64,000 nucleotides of DNA from Eledone cirrhosa (taxonomy: Eukaryota). Below are positions 1-13,678 of this stretch, in pieces. The DNA lies in assembly GCA_964016885.1 (NCBI GenBank), contig OZ024742.1, positions 178,002,001 through 178,066,000 of the forward strand, in the 5' to 3' direction. Both the position numbers and the translations under genes were made by a program. Position 1 is the first letter of the stretch. Every line of letters starts with the position of its first letter. Below the pieces are notes generated by a model. The model made no database searches. It saw only the letters and a list, made by a program, of their open reading frames with translations, and had not been told where the DNA came from.

Positions 1-1190
1 GTATCACAGTTGAAACTCTTAAGAGGTAGGCCAAAAAACTAACCAACTGGAAATCACCAGGCCCAAACAGTGCGGGAATTCTGAGGTGGAATGTTGCTGA
101 ACAAAAAGAAATGGATAGGAAGACTAGGAAGCTATTGACTATCTACAACATGTTCCACAAGAGGAGTGATATCTATAGACTCTACTTAAGGAGATCTGAA
201 GGTGGAAGAGGTCTTATCAGCAGAGAGGACTGTGTTCAGATGGAGAAAAACAACCTACACAAATATGTGACTGATAATAGGGAGCCAATGCTCAGAATTG
301 TACTAAAGGAGAGGACAATACAGCAGGGGATGTCCAAGGAGGAAATGACAACAAGGAGAAAGAGCAACCTTCATGAAAAATCCCTTCATGGTACCTTCTT
401 TGAGAAAACTGAATTCAGAGATCCACAGACATGGAACTGGTTAAAAAGGCTACAGAAGAAGGCTAATGGTCGCGGAAGAGCAGGCCCTCAAAACGAAGTG
501 GGTGAAACACCATATTAACAAGGAGGAGGTTAGCTCACTGTGTAGGATCTTGGGAGAGAGAGAAGAGACCGTGGTTCACATTGTATCCGAGTGTAAACAC
601 CTAGCCCAGACTCACTGTAAAGGCTGGAGACATGATGTGATAGGCAAGGTGATCCACTGGCACCTATGCAAAGTAAATAATTTACCACATTCTGAGAAGT
701 GGTATGAGCATAAGCCAGAGTCGGTGATAGAAAACGATCAGGTGAAGGTGCTGTGGGATTTTAGGATACAGACGGACAAGAAACTGAAACACAATAGACC
801 TGACCTGGTGGTTTTTGGACAAGGAAAAAAGATCGTGCCTGATTGTGGATGTAGCCTGCCCATTCAACACAAGAGTGCGAGAGAAGGAGATGGAGAAAAT
901 CAACCGATACCAGGACTTAAAGTGGGAGGTAAAAAGGATTTGGAACTGCCATGAAGTCAAAGTGGTCCCGATTGTCATAGGTGCATTAAGTACTATCTCA
1001 AAGAGTTTCCAAGGATAGTTAAAGAAAATTAGTCCAGCCCTGCTTTTTGGAACACTTCAAAAGGCATGCTTGCTGGGAACAGCAAGAACCCTCCGATACG
1101 TCCTGAATATCTGAGGCTGCAGGTAGTGGCTTGATATTCATTTCAACAAACTTTCCAGTTAAATAACTTCAATGACTGAAACTCAAAGAA
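1..1190 (+). mobile_element. 3' part of a Dong/R4-clade non-LTR retrotransposon with restriction-like endonuclease (RLE); decayed by frameshifts and a premature stop
   Basis: Overlapping ORFs 111-518, 466-954 and 815-1114 give CR..GE..ETV.HIVSEC (degenerate CCHC), RHD, VLWDF.IQTD..L.HNRPDLVV, IVDVACP, EK...YQDL, VVPIVIGAL and LQKACLLGTARTLR. A TAG at 1016-1018 interrupts the frame that ends at TGA 1112-1114. An (AAT)n tail follows, matching the known Dong preference for (TAA)n. Confidence 0.9.
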
Positions 1191-1215
1191 CAATAATAAT
1201 AATAATAATAATAAC

Positions 1216-1247
<32 letters not shown>

Positions 1248-1257
1248 TAATAGTAAT
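1191..1257. repeat. (AAT)n microsatellite, tail or target of the Dong-like element
   Basis: Direct reading of the sequence. Confidence 0.9.
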
Positions 1258-1934
1258 ATCAGTTTAGTAGTGAAGTAGATAACACATTTTCAACGTTGAG
1301 CCAACATGGTCGAATAAGTTAGGAGTTTGCTTCGTTATCATTAGGTACCTAGTTCGGTCGTACAGCGTGGTATATTGAGACTGTTATTTACCATACTCAG
1401 CCATATACGTAGTAAATTCACGACCAAACTGTACCATTTATCGAACTGGAACACACGTCCATCGATATATCCAACCTCAAGTTAGACGAGCCAAAAACTG
1501 AGAAATTTATTGAATTCAAAAAGTTAAAAATATAATGATAATTATAATAAATAAAACGAATATAGAAAAAAGAGAAAACAGTATTAAAATGTTACTTTTG
1601 TTGGCTTAGTAACCTTTTATATTTTTAATTAAATTTCACTAAATTAATATTATTTTATTTTATTTTATTTCTTTTCATTGTATGTCTAAATAGTGATATT
1701 GCATACTAAAATTATGGAGTAGCAATAGTATCATGTTCTTGAATGTGAAAGTGAAACTACAAATAATTTATATTTCTTTTCTATTTTCATTTTCTCTAAT
1801 TCTGTTACGAATTCACTTTGTCAATACACTTATTAAGATTAAAGGTTATCAACACATAGTCTTAGATAGATACAACAAGGGATAAAGCAACGTCAACAGA
1901 AAAACACAAATATAATGTAAAAAAACAATAAGTA

Positions 1935-2181
1935 TGTATGTGTATAGATACATATATATATGTATATATGTACATATACACATATATGTATATGTATGTG
2001 TGTGTGTGTGTGTGTGCGCAAGCGCGTGTGTGTTTATATATATATATATATATATACTTACACAAACTTATAATTATATATTCCTATATATATATACATA
2101 CACAAACTTATTATATATATATTCCTATATATATATATATATGTATATAGTTACACAAACATATATATATATATATTCCTA

Positions 2182-2239
<58 letters not shown>

Positions 2240-2333
2240 AATATATGCGTTTGTGTAAGTATATGTACGTATGTGTACATACCCACACACACACACATAT
2301 ATATATATATATACTAATGTATGTAATAACTAT

Positions 2334-2397
<64 letters not shown>

Positions 2398-2840
2398 TGG
2401 GGGGGTGTTTGTGTATATGTATGAGTGTGAGTATAGATGTATACACCCAAGGGGATCAATATATCGATAGAGAGAAAGCGGGAAAAAGAAGGAGGAGAGG
2501 GGGGGCGGTTGAGGTGGAGGAGTAGGGATGAGGAGGGAGGAGCAAGATTAGGGGAAGGAGGAGGCAAAGAACAAAAGGAGAAAAAAACAAGAACCACGTA
2601 ACACGAGCAATGTTAGCTGATTAATAACAAATAGTGACATGTTATTTGAAATATTCTGCCTACCTACCACCCCTCTTATTCCAGAATGAGTATATCCCCC
2701 AGAAGAATATCTATCGATGAATTAGAGAGGTTATCATCATTTGGCTGCAGTAAATACTGGTTTGAGGAGGGGTCATATTTTTTACTTTCGTTTTCGCTAG
2801 CTTTTTGTTATACATTATATATATATATGTGTGTATGTGC

Positions 2841-2923
<83 letters not shown>

Positions 2924-3157
2924 TGTGTGTGTGTGTGTGTATGTGTGTGTGTATATATATATGCGTGTGAATGTGTGTATATATATGTGCGTGTGTGTGT
3001 GTGTTTTTTGTGTATGTGTGTGTATATATGTGTGTGTATATATATATGCGTGTGTATGTGTGTATATATATGTGCGTATGTGTGTGTGTGTGTGTGTATA
3101 TATATGTGTGTGTATATATACATGCGTGTGTATGTGTGTATATATATGTGCGTGTGT

Positions 3158-3188
<31 letters not shown>

Positions 3189-3680
3189 AGTGTGTGTGTG
3201 TATGTATATGTGTATGTGTGTGTATATATATGTGTGTGTTTCTGTATGTGTATATATATATGTGTGTGTGCGTGTGTGTATGTGTGTTTGTGTGTTTGTC
3301 GATGTGTGGATGTGTGTATGTGTGTGTGTGTGTGTATATATGTGTGTATGTATGTGTGGGAGGTCTGTATATATGTGTGTGTTTCTTTGTGTGTGTGTGT
3401 GTGTTTGTGTATTGTCTGTATATATATATATATATATATATATACAGACAATACACAAACACACATACACAGTATATACATGCGTGTGTGTGTGTGCGTG
3501 TGTGTGTATATGTGTGTATGTATGTGTGTGTATGTATGTGTGAATGTTTGTGTGTGTGTGTGGTTGTGTGTTGGTCTGTGTGTGTGCAAGTATGTGCATG
3601 TGTGTGTGTGTGTGGGTGTGCAATATGTGTATGTGTGTATGCATGTGTATGTATGTGTGCATATGTGTGCGTTATTATTA
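1935..3680. repeat. Compound (TA)n/(TG)n microsatellite and low-complexity region
   Basis: Direct reading; accounts for the YI/CV/HT pseudo-ORFs. Confidence 0.95.
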
Positions 3681-3873
3681 TGGTGGATTGGCAGTATCGG
3701 TAGAGGGTCGGACGTCATGCTTTGACGTATAGAGTTACGGTCCTTTCCATTCTGTGTTCAAATCCCGCCGAGGTCAACTTTGCCTTTCATCCTTACAGGG
3801 TCGATAAAATAAAGTACCAGTAATGCACTGGATAATTTGCTGGCCTTGTGCCAAACGTAGAAACAATTATTAT
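3681..3873 (+). mobile_element. tRNA-derived SINE, family A
   Basis: A-box-like TGGCAGTATCGG, B-box GTTCAAATCC, conserved body GAGGTCAACTTTGCCTTTCATCCTT...GGTCGATAAAATAAAGTACCAGT, 3' GCTGGCCTTGTGCC..TAGAAACA and (ATT)n tail; more than 15 copies in the window. Confidence 0.85.
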
Positions 3874-4169
3874 TTACTGTTATTTATGTCCATCGCCTTT
3901 TTATCCCTCCTCTCTCCTCTCTTATTCTCTCTCTCTCTCTCTCTTTCTTTCTGTTTTATCCCTCTTTCTTTCTCCACCCTCTCTCCGTCTCCCTCCCTCC
4001 CTTTATCCACCTTTTCCCTCCCTTCCTCCCCCTTCACCCTCCCTTCCTCCCCCTTCACCCTCACTATCTCCATACCACCCCATCATATCCTCCGTTTCGT
4101 GTGAAGAAATATTATAGTATTGGCTATCATACTACAATCTAGCCTCTTGCTCTCCCTGATCTGGTTTTA

Positions 4170-4210
4170 CTGCTGTTGTTATTCTTATTCCTGTTAGCTT
4201 TGTTGTTGCT

Positions 4211-4249
<39 letters not shown>

Positions 4250-4386
4250 GCTGCTATTGTTGTTGATGTTGTCGTTGTTGTTGTTGTGGTTGTTGTTGCT
4301 GGTGTTGTTGTTGTTGTTCCTATTGTTGTTGTTGTTGTTGTTGTTGTCGTTGCTGTTGTTGTTGTCGTTGTCGTTGTTGTTGTTGC

Positions 4387-4422
<36 letters not shown>

Positions 4423-4429
4423 CGTTGTT

Positions 4430-4475
<46 letters not shown>

Positions 4476-5105
4476 TTATTAGTTTCCTTGTTGCTGTTGT
4501 AGGGTTGCTGTTATTTCAAATAAAGAGGTCATTATTACCATGATTATCATCATCATCATCATCAACGTCATCATCATCATAACTATCATCATCAGCATCA
4601 TCACCATCATCATCGTTATCATTATAATCATCATCATCATCGTCACCACTACCACTACCATCATCATCATCATCGTCATCATCGTCATCGTCATCATCAT
4701 CATCATCATCATCATCGTCATCATCGTCATCGTCATTATCGTCATTATCGTCATCATCACCATCATCACTATCATCACTATCATCAGTATCATCATCATC
4801 ATCATCATCATCATCATCGTCGCCGTCGTCGTCGTCATCGTCATCATCATCGCTATCATCATGATGATCATGATCATCATTATCATCATCATTATCATAT
4901 TCATTAGTATCCCCACCATCATCACCATAATCTTTCGAATCTCCTCCAACCACATCATCCACATCATCATCATCATCAACAACAACAACATCATAATCAT
5001 TAGAATTACCCCCACGACCACCATCATCACCATCGTCATCAGTAACAGCAGCATCGTTATCATTACCACCATTATAATTATCATTTTATCACCGCTACTA
5101 TTAGT
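4170..5105. repeat. About 930 bp compound trinucleotide tract, (GTT)n then (GTC)n then (ATC)n
   Basis: Direct reading. Confidence 0.95.
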
Positions 5106-5574
5106 AGTAGTATTATCAAAATCATTTTCTGTAGCTGTTATTAAGTCTGTATTTCCCTCATGCAACCCATTTTTAGAAAAGATAAGGTCATGCAGATAGC
5201 AAATAGATTTCATCTAAATTTCCAGGCACAAACCGACTTTCTTCTATGTTTCTAATAATTTGTGTTTTGTTTGTATTTTTCTGTTATGAGTAAAGGAGAC
5301 GAGGGAAGGGATCGGTACTAGCTAACCTCTTGATAAAGGTAATAACATTTTCTAGCATGGTTATGCGGCCACGTAATATTTACAGAACATTAAGTATATT
5401 CTATTATCTTATTCTGTTCATGACGACTACCACCGAAGCATTAACCAGCCAACATGTCCAGTTTGGTTGCTAGCATAAGAAGCATTACTCAGAATCATTG
5501 TGATCGTCATAATTACAGTTTAAAAAGTCGTTTATTTCTGTATAGTCTGTATATACATTATTTCACAGTATTAT

Positions 5575-5704
5575 ATTGCCATTCTGAGTTCAAATCCCGC
5601 CGAGGTTAACTTTGCCTTTCATCCTTATGGGGTCGATAAAATAAAGTACCAGTAATACACTGGGTAATTGCTGGCCGTGTGCCAAAAGTAGAAACAATTA
5701 TATT
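5575..5704 (+). mobile_element. SINE family A, 5'-truncated
   Basis: Matches the body and 3' end of 3681-3873. Confidence 0.8.
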
Positions 5705-6086
5705 GAATGTTACGATTTATCGAGTCGTTTGGATGATTTGAAATTTGAAACGTTGCAATACAAACATAGAATCGCTATAAATGCTAATAGCTTTGTAAAA
5801 TCGAATAAAATAACCTTATGGACAGAAAAAGTTGGTCAGCAGCCATTAAAACGAAACACACTCCGTATTTCTTGAATTCCACCCACTTTCTCACTGCCAA
5901 TAAGGGTATTTTAACCGATTTTCTAAAACTATTATCATTTATACTGATTCGATGTTTTGATTCCGACGTTTCAAGTTATTATAATGATTTTAATACGTTG
6001 CTATATAACTGTGTGGCTGAAAGCAGTTCTCGTTCTATCTCCTACTATAAATACATACCTTATACCACTTCTAACTCTAATCAATC

Positions 6087-6445
6087 GATCGGGAATTGCA
6101 CGTCGAGCTGTGGAGGCTAAACTCCTCAAATACCGGTCGTTCTCCGACAGGTTTGCGGTTGTACCCCTGGCAGTGGAGACTTCTGGTGTCATCGGCCCTA
6201 GGGCTACCTCCCTACTCACCACCATAGGCGCTGAGCTGGCCAGCCGCAAGTGTGAGTCCCGCGAGTTGGAGTGGCTTTTCCAGCTCGTCTCCCTGGCCGT
6301 CCTCCGGGAAACGCCTTCTCCATTCTGACCGCCGGGGCTGTGTGTGTGTGGGGGGGGGGGCATCGTGTATCATTCCATAGTTAAGTATGGCCGTATATGC
6401 TTCCCTCACAGTGCATGAGTAGGAAAAATCTACCATATTTTTTTT
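6087..6445 (+). mobile_element. 3' fragment of a CRE-clade non-LTR retrotransposon (RLE C-terminus)
   Basis: Translation ARRAVEAKLLKY...FAVVPLAVETSGVIGPRA..LL..IG..LA.......E..WLFQ.VSLAVLR(GNA, frameshifted) matches the typical CRE C-terminus; GC-rich island in AT-rich DNA. Confidence 0.75.
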
Positions 6446-6529
6446 AAACTGAATTTGCCTGTTATTAAAATGTATTAGAGATGCGTGAAGGAAGATTACT
6501 TTAAAGCAAGAGACTATATAAACCGCAAG

Positions 6530-6865
6530 ACTTGACTGGTAATTTATTTTATCGATCTCGGAAAATGAAATGCAAATTTCATATCGGTGGGATTTGAACT
6601 CAAAAGATAAAGTGTCGGAGCAATTAGTGCTAGAGCCTTGCCTGACGCTTTACTGATTCTGCCAAACACCTGCCAAAAGCTTTGAGAAGAGAAAGTCGAT
6701 TTTTTCGACCGCAGTACTCGGCTGGTACATTATTCTATCGAAACCGAAAAAATGAAACTCAAAGTTGACCACGGCGGAAGTTGAACTTATGACGTAAACA
6801 AAAAAAAGGTGGAACAAATACTACCAAGTATTTCTCCGACGCTCTAGCGGCTCTGCCAAACTACC
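6530..6865 (-). mobile_element. Two diverged SINE family A copies
   Basis: Reverse-complement motifs TTTTATCGA..GGA..ATGAAA.GCAAA.TT...GGGATTTGAACTC occur twice. Confidence 0.6.
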
Positions 6866-7544
6866 ATGTTAATTCTATCCTTAAATTATTTCTAGCATAG
6901 GCACAAGGTTATAGATGAAGGGTTCGGTAGATGAAAATGTAGCGATACAACAGGAGTAAAAGCTGCAGTAAATCCCGATTGGAAAAATTATTCAGATCCA
7001 AAGAAGAATGGAAAAGTTTATTCAAAAGAAATAGCCGTGCCTTGCTGATGTTTAGGAGATAAGTATGATGATGTTTTCTTGATATTTTCTGTATTTGATA
7101 TTATTTTTGTTTGCTAAGTTGTTTGTTTTGTTTTGTTATTATTTTACAGATGTTGCAGGAAAGATTTGCAATTCCTCTTTGAGTTATGTTTCCTCGGCAT
7201 TTGAGCCTCTGTTAATAGACTGAATGCAAATTCCAGATGTGGTATCTAGCTTGGAAGGGTGAGGAGGAAGATCAATGAAGGTTTATCGCAAATGCGTAAG
7301 AACGGGTGTTGCTGGATGCGACGGCAAATATGTTGTTGCCTTATAGAAGAAAGTGTGTGAGGGACACACCAGAACCCTGCCGCAATGTGTCAATACAGTG
7401 TAGGTTAGAATTCACCAACACATACTACGATGTTACCGTCGACCTGACAGAAAGGCTCAATTCAAGACATATGATACGAATGTAGCTCTAATATACGAAG
7501 TAATAAGCGATTATAATGTTTCATGTAATCCAAATATTCGCCGG

Positions 7545-7960
7545 TGTCACGTATTCACAGATATGTGTGAGACAAACCAAAGCTTTGCTTATATTTGCGT
7601 GTGAGCTAGTCTTAGTTTGTTGTCGTTCACCTGATTGGGGTCAGATATTAGTCATCAGTTTACAGGGCCCACCACAAGAAGGTTCACAAACTCAGTCCCA
7701 AAAGCTTTTCTTGTGTCTGTTAGATGATAAGTATTTATAGGCGAAGTTTGTGTCAGACAGTCCAAAGCTTTGTTGGTGTCGTATATGTTTGAAGTATTCA
7801 CAGGAGATCTGTGTGTCATACATTCCAAGGTGTTGATGGTGTGACGTAGGTAGGAAGTATTCACAGGAGATTAAAATGTCAGTCCTAAGCATAGTTGATG
7901 TCAATCAGGAGAAAAGTGTTGACACGGGATCTGTGTATCAGACAATCCAAATCTTTACTG
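7545..7960. repeat. Degenerate minisatellite with a period of about 60-63 bp
   Basis: AAGTATTCACAGGAGAT...GTGTCA.ACA.TCCAA recurs at about 7729, 7792, 7855 and 7913. Confidence 0.6.
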
Positions 7961-8570
7961 AAATCAAGGACAACAACATTGAATTCAAAACCGTTTTACT
8001 GGCCAGAATCTAATAAAAATATTTCGGCGCACTTGGTGCATAAACATATTTCGGTGCGCCATACGCTTAATAATTTTTAATGATTTTAAAATGTTAATTC
8101 GTATAGTTTAGCCCTTATATTTATATATTTTAAACTACGTAAAATTATTAATTATTTTCTCATTTATTCAATTAATCATGCATCATTGTCAATAAGAAAT
8201 ATGAGCATGATGAACTTTATGTCTGGCGTTGAACATACGCTCATTTTATCACTTAGTAATAAAACTCAAAACGTGGTACCGTTCCAATTATGTGTAATTT
8301 ATTGTTAGAAAATTGTTTTAAAGTTTATTCACACGTCTTCATATGCGCACATTATATTGATTTCAGCTTGATAAATGTATTGATTTGGCATTCCTTCTAA
8401 CATTATTTGATCAGCATTGAACATTTATGAGGAATTTTGAAGATATATGTACGCAAAATATACTTATATAAATATGTTTTTTTTCATTCAATAATAGAGA
8501 GAGAGAGAGAGAGTGGGGGGGGGGGGTATGTGTGTGTGTGTGTGTGTGTGTCATTACACAAAAACAGACA

Positions 8571-8603
<33 letters not shown>

Positions 8604-8680
8604 GACAAAATGTGCAACCCTCCTCCTCAGGAGCACAAAGACCGGGCTCCCTTCCTCTCCGCTTTCTTCTCCTCTCTCAC

Positions 8681-11600
8681 CTACAGATAGAGAGAAGGCC
8701 CATTCACTCGGGCCATTCTCGCCACTTTCACCCACCTTTCATAAAACTTGCTGGGGTAGAGCACCTCTCTCTCCATTTTGATCCTTCTTCTAAAAGGACA
8801 GTTGTTGGCCCGAGAGAAAAGTGTTTGACCTCAGCCCTTTCAACCTCGTCCACCATACATTATCTTTCGCCATAGCTATCACACAGAGGAAAACCGCTTC
8901 TCCTTCGTTTTTGAAGGGGGGAGGCGGTTTGATCGTGAAAATGTACACGGTGGGCCCACCAGCGACAGTAGTCGTTCCACATAGCCCCACAGGTCAGCAA
9001 CGCCCGGGCAGTGTATGATGTATGCGCGACGGTTTTCCTCGTCACTAACGCATCTCGGACAGATCTTCTTCGAGGGGTCCCTACCCGGGCGCCCGTGTCT
9101 CTAGAGCTTGTCCTGAACGGGTAGAGCTCCTGGGTAACACTGCCAAGCCAGGTACTTTTGTAAGTTGACTATCGGTCCCGGGCCAAATATCCTACCGAAC
9201 AGACTGGCTAGCTCGTCTTCCTCCATGCCCAGAGCCTCTCCTAGAGCGTCGTCGCACTTGCTGCGCACCAACTCTCTATAGAATGTTGAGGTTGAGTCTC
9301 CACTGATTGCCGGATCCGCTTGCCAGAGGTCTGTGAGCGCCTGGGCACATTCAATGTGTCAGTCGCCCATTTTTCTCGGTCTTTGCTTGACCAGGATTGC
9401 AGCTCGGTGAGTGAGACAAGTCTCGGAAAGGCTCGCCTCACAAAAGGGGCCCACACCGGCTGACCGGTGAGGAATACCTGGAGGTGCCGTAGCCTTAATG
9501 CGTGTCTACGCATCGTCAGCCACGGCATCCCAGCCCTCCGTTCGAAGGGTGTTGACAGCAGATGGATCTTCTCACCAAAGAGACCCGCTTTTTCCAAAGG
9601 AATCGGAAGAGCGTGCGCTCCATTTTGGCGAGCGTTTTCGCTGGGCAAGGAACGACGGTCAACCGGTAGTAGATGACGGACGCTATATAAGTGCTCGCCC
9701 CCTCCACTCAACCTTTCAGGGATAGTTTGCACTCGGCCCACTTCTGGGCGAGTGCAAACACCCTCCCCGTTACCTCGTCCCAGTTTTTCTCCACCTGGAG
9801 GTCCGGTCCGAACCAGACCCCGAGCAGCTTCACCGGTCCCTCCGTCCAGCATGCCGTCGGAGGGCATCGGTTTGCCTCTCCACGTTCCGAGTTGCAAACC
9901 GACGGACTTGTCCCGGTTCAGCTTGGCTCCTGTAAACCTTTCGTATTACTCCAGTAAGGTGCCGATCTGCCCGATTTCCGAGGCGCACCACATTACTGTC
10001 ACGTCATCGGCGTAGGCCGACGCCGCTTTCCGCAATCCCAGTTCCAAGGGGATTCACGGCAACAGCTCCAACTTCCGCAGTAGTGGCTCGAGAGCCAGCA
10101 CATACAGAAGGGATAAGAGAGGGCATCCCTGTCGGATGGATCGTGCGATTTGGAACGGCTCCGAGAGGTAGCCATTCACCTTGACCCTCCATTGCAGCAA
10201 TCCAGCCCCTGAAAACCGGTTCGAAGCCTGCCGCCGCGAGCACCGCATCCAGGAACCGATGATCGACCCTATCGAACGCCTTAGATTGATCCAAGTTGAT
10301 CAGGGCCCCACCAAAGCCGGGTTCGTTCCCTACACTCTCTACGATGTATCGCATGAGGTGGAGGTTGTCGTGTATGGACCTGGACGGGATTGCGCATGTC
10401 TGCGTCCTCCGACCAGGTTCCCGAGGACAAGCGCCAACCTTTTCGCTAACACCTTGGCCAAAATCTTTAACTCTTTAGCAGAGTTATGGGTCTGAAGTTA
10501 TCTATGTCATCCCCGTTGTGCTCGTCCAGCGTGACTACGCCCTTGGTCACAGAACTGGGAATTGTCCCGTTCTGTTGCCAGTTGCAGTAGACCGCCTCGA
10601 GGAGATTTGAGAATAAGTCCGGCATCGCTACATAAAGTTCGTATGGTAGACCATTGAGACCGGGAGATTTGCGTATGCCGCATTGGCTCAGCGCTTCCCC
10701 TATCTCAGCGGCTGAAATCGGCCTTTCGCAGGACTTCGCCTCCCCGTCCGAGAGCCGCGACAGACCGTCGAGGTATGGACCGAAATCCAAGGCCTCACCC
10801 GGCCCACCGCCCTTCCTGAGCGGTTGTGCAAAGCGCCGTTGAAAGGCCGCGCACATCCGCTCAGGTTCAAGGATCACGCGTCCATCCTGGTCCTTCAAAG
10901 ACCGAATCGTGGACTTGTTTCCACTTTTTGACTCTGTCACTCGCGCCCAGCTAACAGCTTTGGCTCTTTCGTTACCCAGAGCACGTATTTTACTTCTGAC
11001 AACGCAGCCCTTGTGCTTCGCGTCAAAGAACTGGTCTAGGGCCGTTCTTGATGCCAACACGCCGGCCACGTTGCCACTCCTAATCACCTCTTCTACTCTA
11101 TCTATCAATTCCCTTTCAGTTCTATTCCTATCTGATGCTAATTCCTGACTAAAACCTATCGATTCTATTCTAATTTCTCTCTTGAGAGAGCCCCATCACC
11201 TGCTGTTGACAATTTCCCCCGTCAACCGCTGTTTAACTAGAGTGCTAATCCGCTTACTGTAATCTTTGTTTGTCGGTAAGGACAAGTTTAGCTTCCAGTA
11301 ACCGGGTCCTTGTCTATGGGTTCTATCAAGGTTGACCACTCCGGTCACCAACTTGTGATCCGAATAGTCAACCATGAACATTCGTGGACAGCTTAATATG
11401 TCCCTATCCTTATTTCTAACTAAGAACATATCTAGGTACGACCTAGATGTTCCGCTAATATTAGTCCACGTCCACAGTGGCACAGTCGGAAAATCTAATC
11501 GATATCTATCGGCCAGATCAAATCTGCCGATTAACCGTTTGAGGCTGTTACACCCCCCTCTATCGGGACATGCCCCTACATAGTCCCATCGTGCATCCAG

Positions 11601-12035
11601 GATACCATTCCAGTCCCCCACTAAAAGCAAGGAGCGAGACGTACCCAGAAAAGTCTCTAGGCGTTGGAAGGAGTCCGGTCGCGGTGTCCCAGATTGGACA
11701 TACGCTGCCACCAGCCTGAAGGCTCCACCTTCACTACTGCCGACGTCTAGAACCACCAGTTGGCCCTCCGGGTGCAGGTGTACCTGCCGTGTTGCGAGGC
11801 CCAGGTGTTTTCGCAGCAGAAGGACCACCCCGCCCCCACCCCCTAGCTGCCAGAGAGATGCATAGATCTCAAAGTCGTCGAAGATGGGGGCCAGTTGGTG
11901 CTCGCTGCTGATCCTGGACTCGCAAATAGCTATCACATCCATTCTGTGCGACCTGGGGTGATTTAAGAGTTTGCCCTACTTCCAGGACATCCCCAGGCCG
12001 CGCACATTTAAACGTCCAACTCTTATAACAGCCAT
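8681..12035 (-). pseudogene. Tx1 ORF2 (AP endonuclease, reverse transcriptase, zinc-binding domain), fragmented
   Basis: MAVIRVGRLNVRG, DVIAICES, LVGDWNGILD, SYLD, SDHKLV, GPGYWKLN, KSPGLNGLPYELY, NFRPITLL, LDQSKAFDRVDH, IRQGCPL, YADDVTV (near 10000-10020), GGLG, CPRC...E...H..CP. Confidence 0.9.
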
Positions 12036-12175
12036 ATTGGTGGTGAAGAGTTTAGAATGGAGAAAAAGGAAAAGACACCTACATGTCCTTCTCCTGGGGA
12101 TCTGGCTGCATAATTTCCATGGGGGTGTCGGTGGGGTTGTTTGGTGGGGTGGTGGTTTGGGATGTGGTTGGGACA

Positions 12176-13678
12176 TCAGTGTGAAATGGGGACATCAGTG
12201 TGTGGTGGGGGAGAGGTGTCTGGGGTGGTGCTGTGGAAACATTTCAAGAGGATGCGGTTGCTAGGTCTAGTACAGGGGTTATCCACGTCCTCGGTAAAGT
12301 TCTGTTTGAGCATTGCGTAGGTGTCCCTTGGGACCCTAATCATTTTTAAATGCGGTTTAGTCGCCGCGTTGGTGAACATTTTAAACAATAGACAAAGACC
12401 CTTCGGTGGAAACCGAAGGGTCTTTGTCTATTGTTTACACAAGTGTTTTGTTGTTTGTGTTGATGTATGTATACTGTTTTTGTTGTGTTGTGTTTGTTTT
12501 TTGTTTGTTGTTCCTGTGTGTGTTTGCGCTTTGTAGTATGTGTTATGTTTTCGGGAGGGGTGGGTTTTTTTGTTTGTGATGTTTGTGATGTTTGTGCTGG
12601 TGGCTGTGTGTTTGTTGTATTTTTGTTGATGTGGTGCCTTCTTTTCTTTCTTTTTACCGGTTGAAAGGGTTCTCCCTCGTCGTCACCGGGTGACGCTGAT
12701 AAGGGGTCCTTGCGCGTGTTGTTGGGGAGGGATATATTTTGGGGTTTTGTTGTGGTTGCTTTTGTATTTGTTTTAGGTGAGGAGGGGTTGGGTGGGACAG
12801 TGTCTTGTGTTGTTATTTTTTCGTGTTGTTGTGGTTGTTTTGGTGGTGGTGGTGGTGGTGGTTGTGTGTGGGGTGAGCAGAAGCGTCTTTTTTTTTTGGG
12901 GGGGGGGGCATTTAAACGGGGACATGAAGCCCTCAGGTGACCACTACTTGAACATGGTAGCATGAAGGCCGCCTGCCCTCAACAGAAATGTTTATGAAGG
13001 CGGCTTCATCCAGGGACACACGCTGCGGTATTCTTGCTATCCGTTCTGGTCTCATTTGGACCAGAACTTCAAGGCTATTGCCGCCGAATACGCCCCCGGT
13101 GGGTTCGCCTATCGAAAGGATTGTGTCCTCATCTTCTAAGAACCCCGTTAGCACCCACCAAATGCTCGCATTTGGCCTGATGCCCGAGATTCTTATCTTT
13201 TGAGTTCTTTTCGACAAATATGTGGGTAAAAAGGTGTATGCTTTGGATACAATTGGAGACACAGAATATTTCCGTGCCGCCAATTCATCTTGTATTAAAA
13301 CAGATATGCTTCAATACAGTTTCTCTTTCTGTATGAAAGCGATATCCTTCCAGGTACTACTTAGGACCAGTTCAATTTCGCTTTGGGACAATTGAGCCGG
13401 TTTCCTAGTCGCGTTCGAAACTGTCCTAAGAATTACGGTCCTGATGATTGTGTCCCTTCTAATTTCTTCGGGGGAGGTAATTGTGAATTCCCCACCTTCC
13501 CCACCTTTGTTTGTGTAATTGTTACTTTTGGGGTTTTCACCCATTTCCACAATTTTTTCTTTTTCCGTGGTGTCTTTTGCGGGAGTAAGGTGGGAAGGCT
13601 TACAGCGTTGTGCTGCTACCCTCTCTCTATCACTTTCCTTGGGGGGGACGTGGCATGCGTCGTGTTAATGGCGTCCAT
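12176..13678 (-). pseudogene. Tx1 ORF1 (gag-like, CCHC knuckle), fragmented
   Basis: Pieces 13311-13550, 12933-13283, 12346-12963 and 12176-12388. VEGRRPSCYH plus CSSSGHLRASCP give a CX2CX4HX4C split by a frameshift near 12955; the C-terminal part is P/T/K-rich. Confidence 0.75.

Noticed and set aside
3398-3464. Small palindrome centred on (TA)n, and a similar hairpin at 47358-47443
   Set aside because: Explained by local foldback or template switching in low-complexity DNA; no further signal.
1862-3732. Long ORFs rich in YI, CV and HT (also at 20, 25, 32, 42, 55, 61 and 63 kb)
   Set aside because: They are translations of (TA)n and (TG)n microsatellites, which lack stop codons.
4132-5213. 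Poly-T, poly-D, poly-M and poly-I ORFs resembling mucin or acidic proteins
   Set aside because: They come from trinucleotide tracts open in most frames, with no splice or domain evidence.
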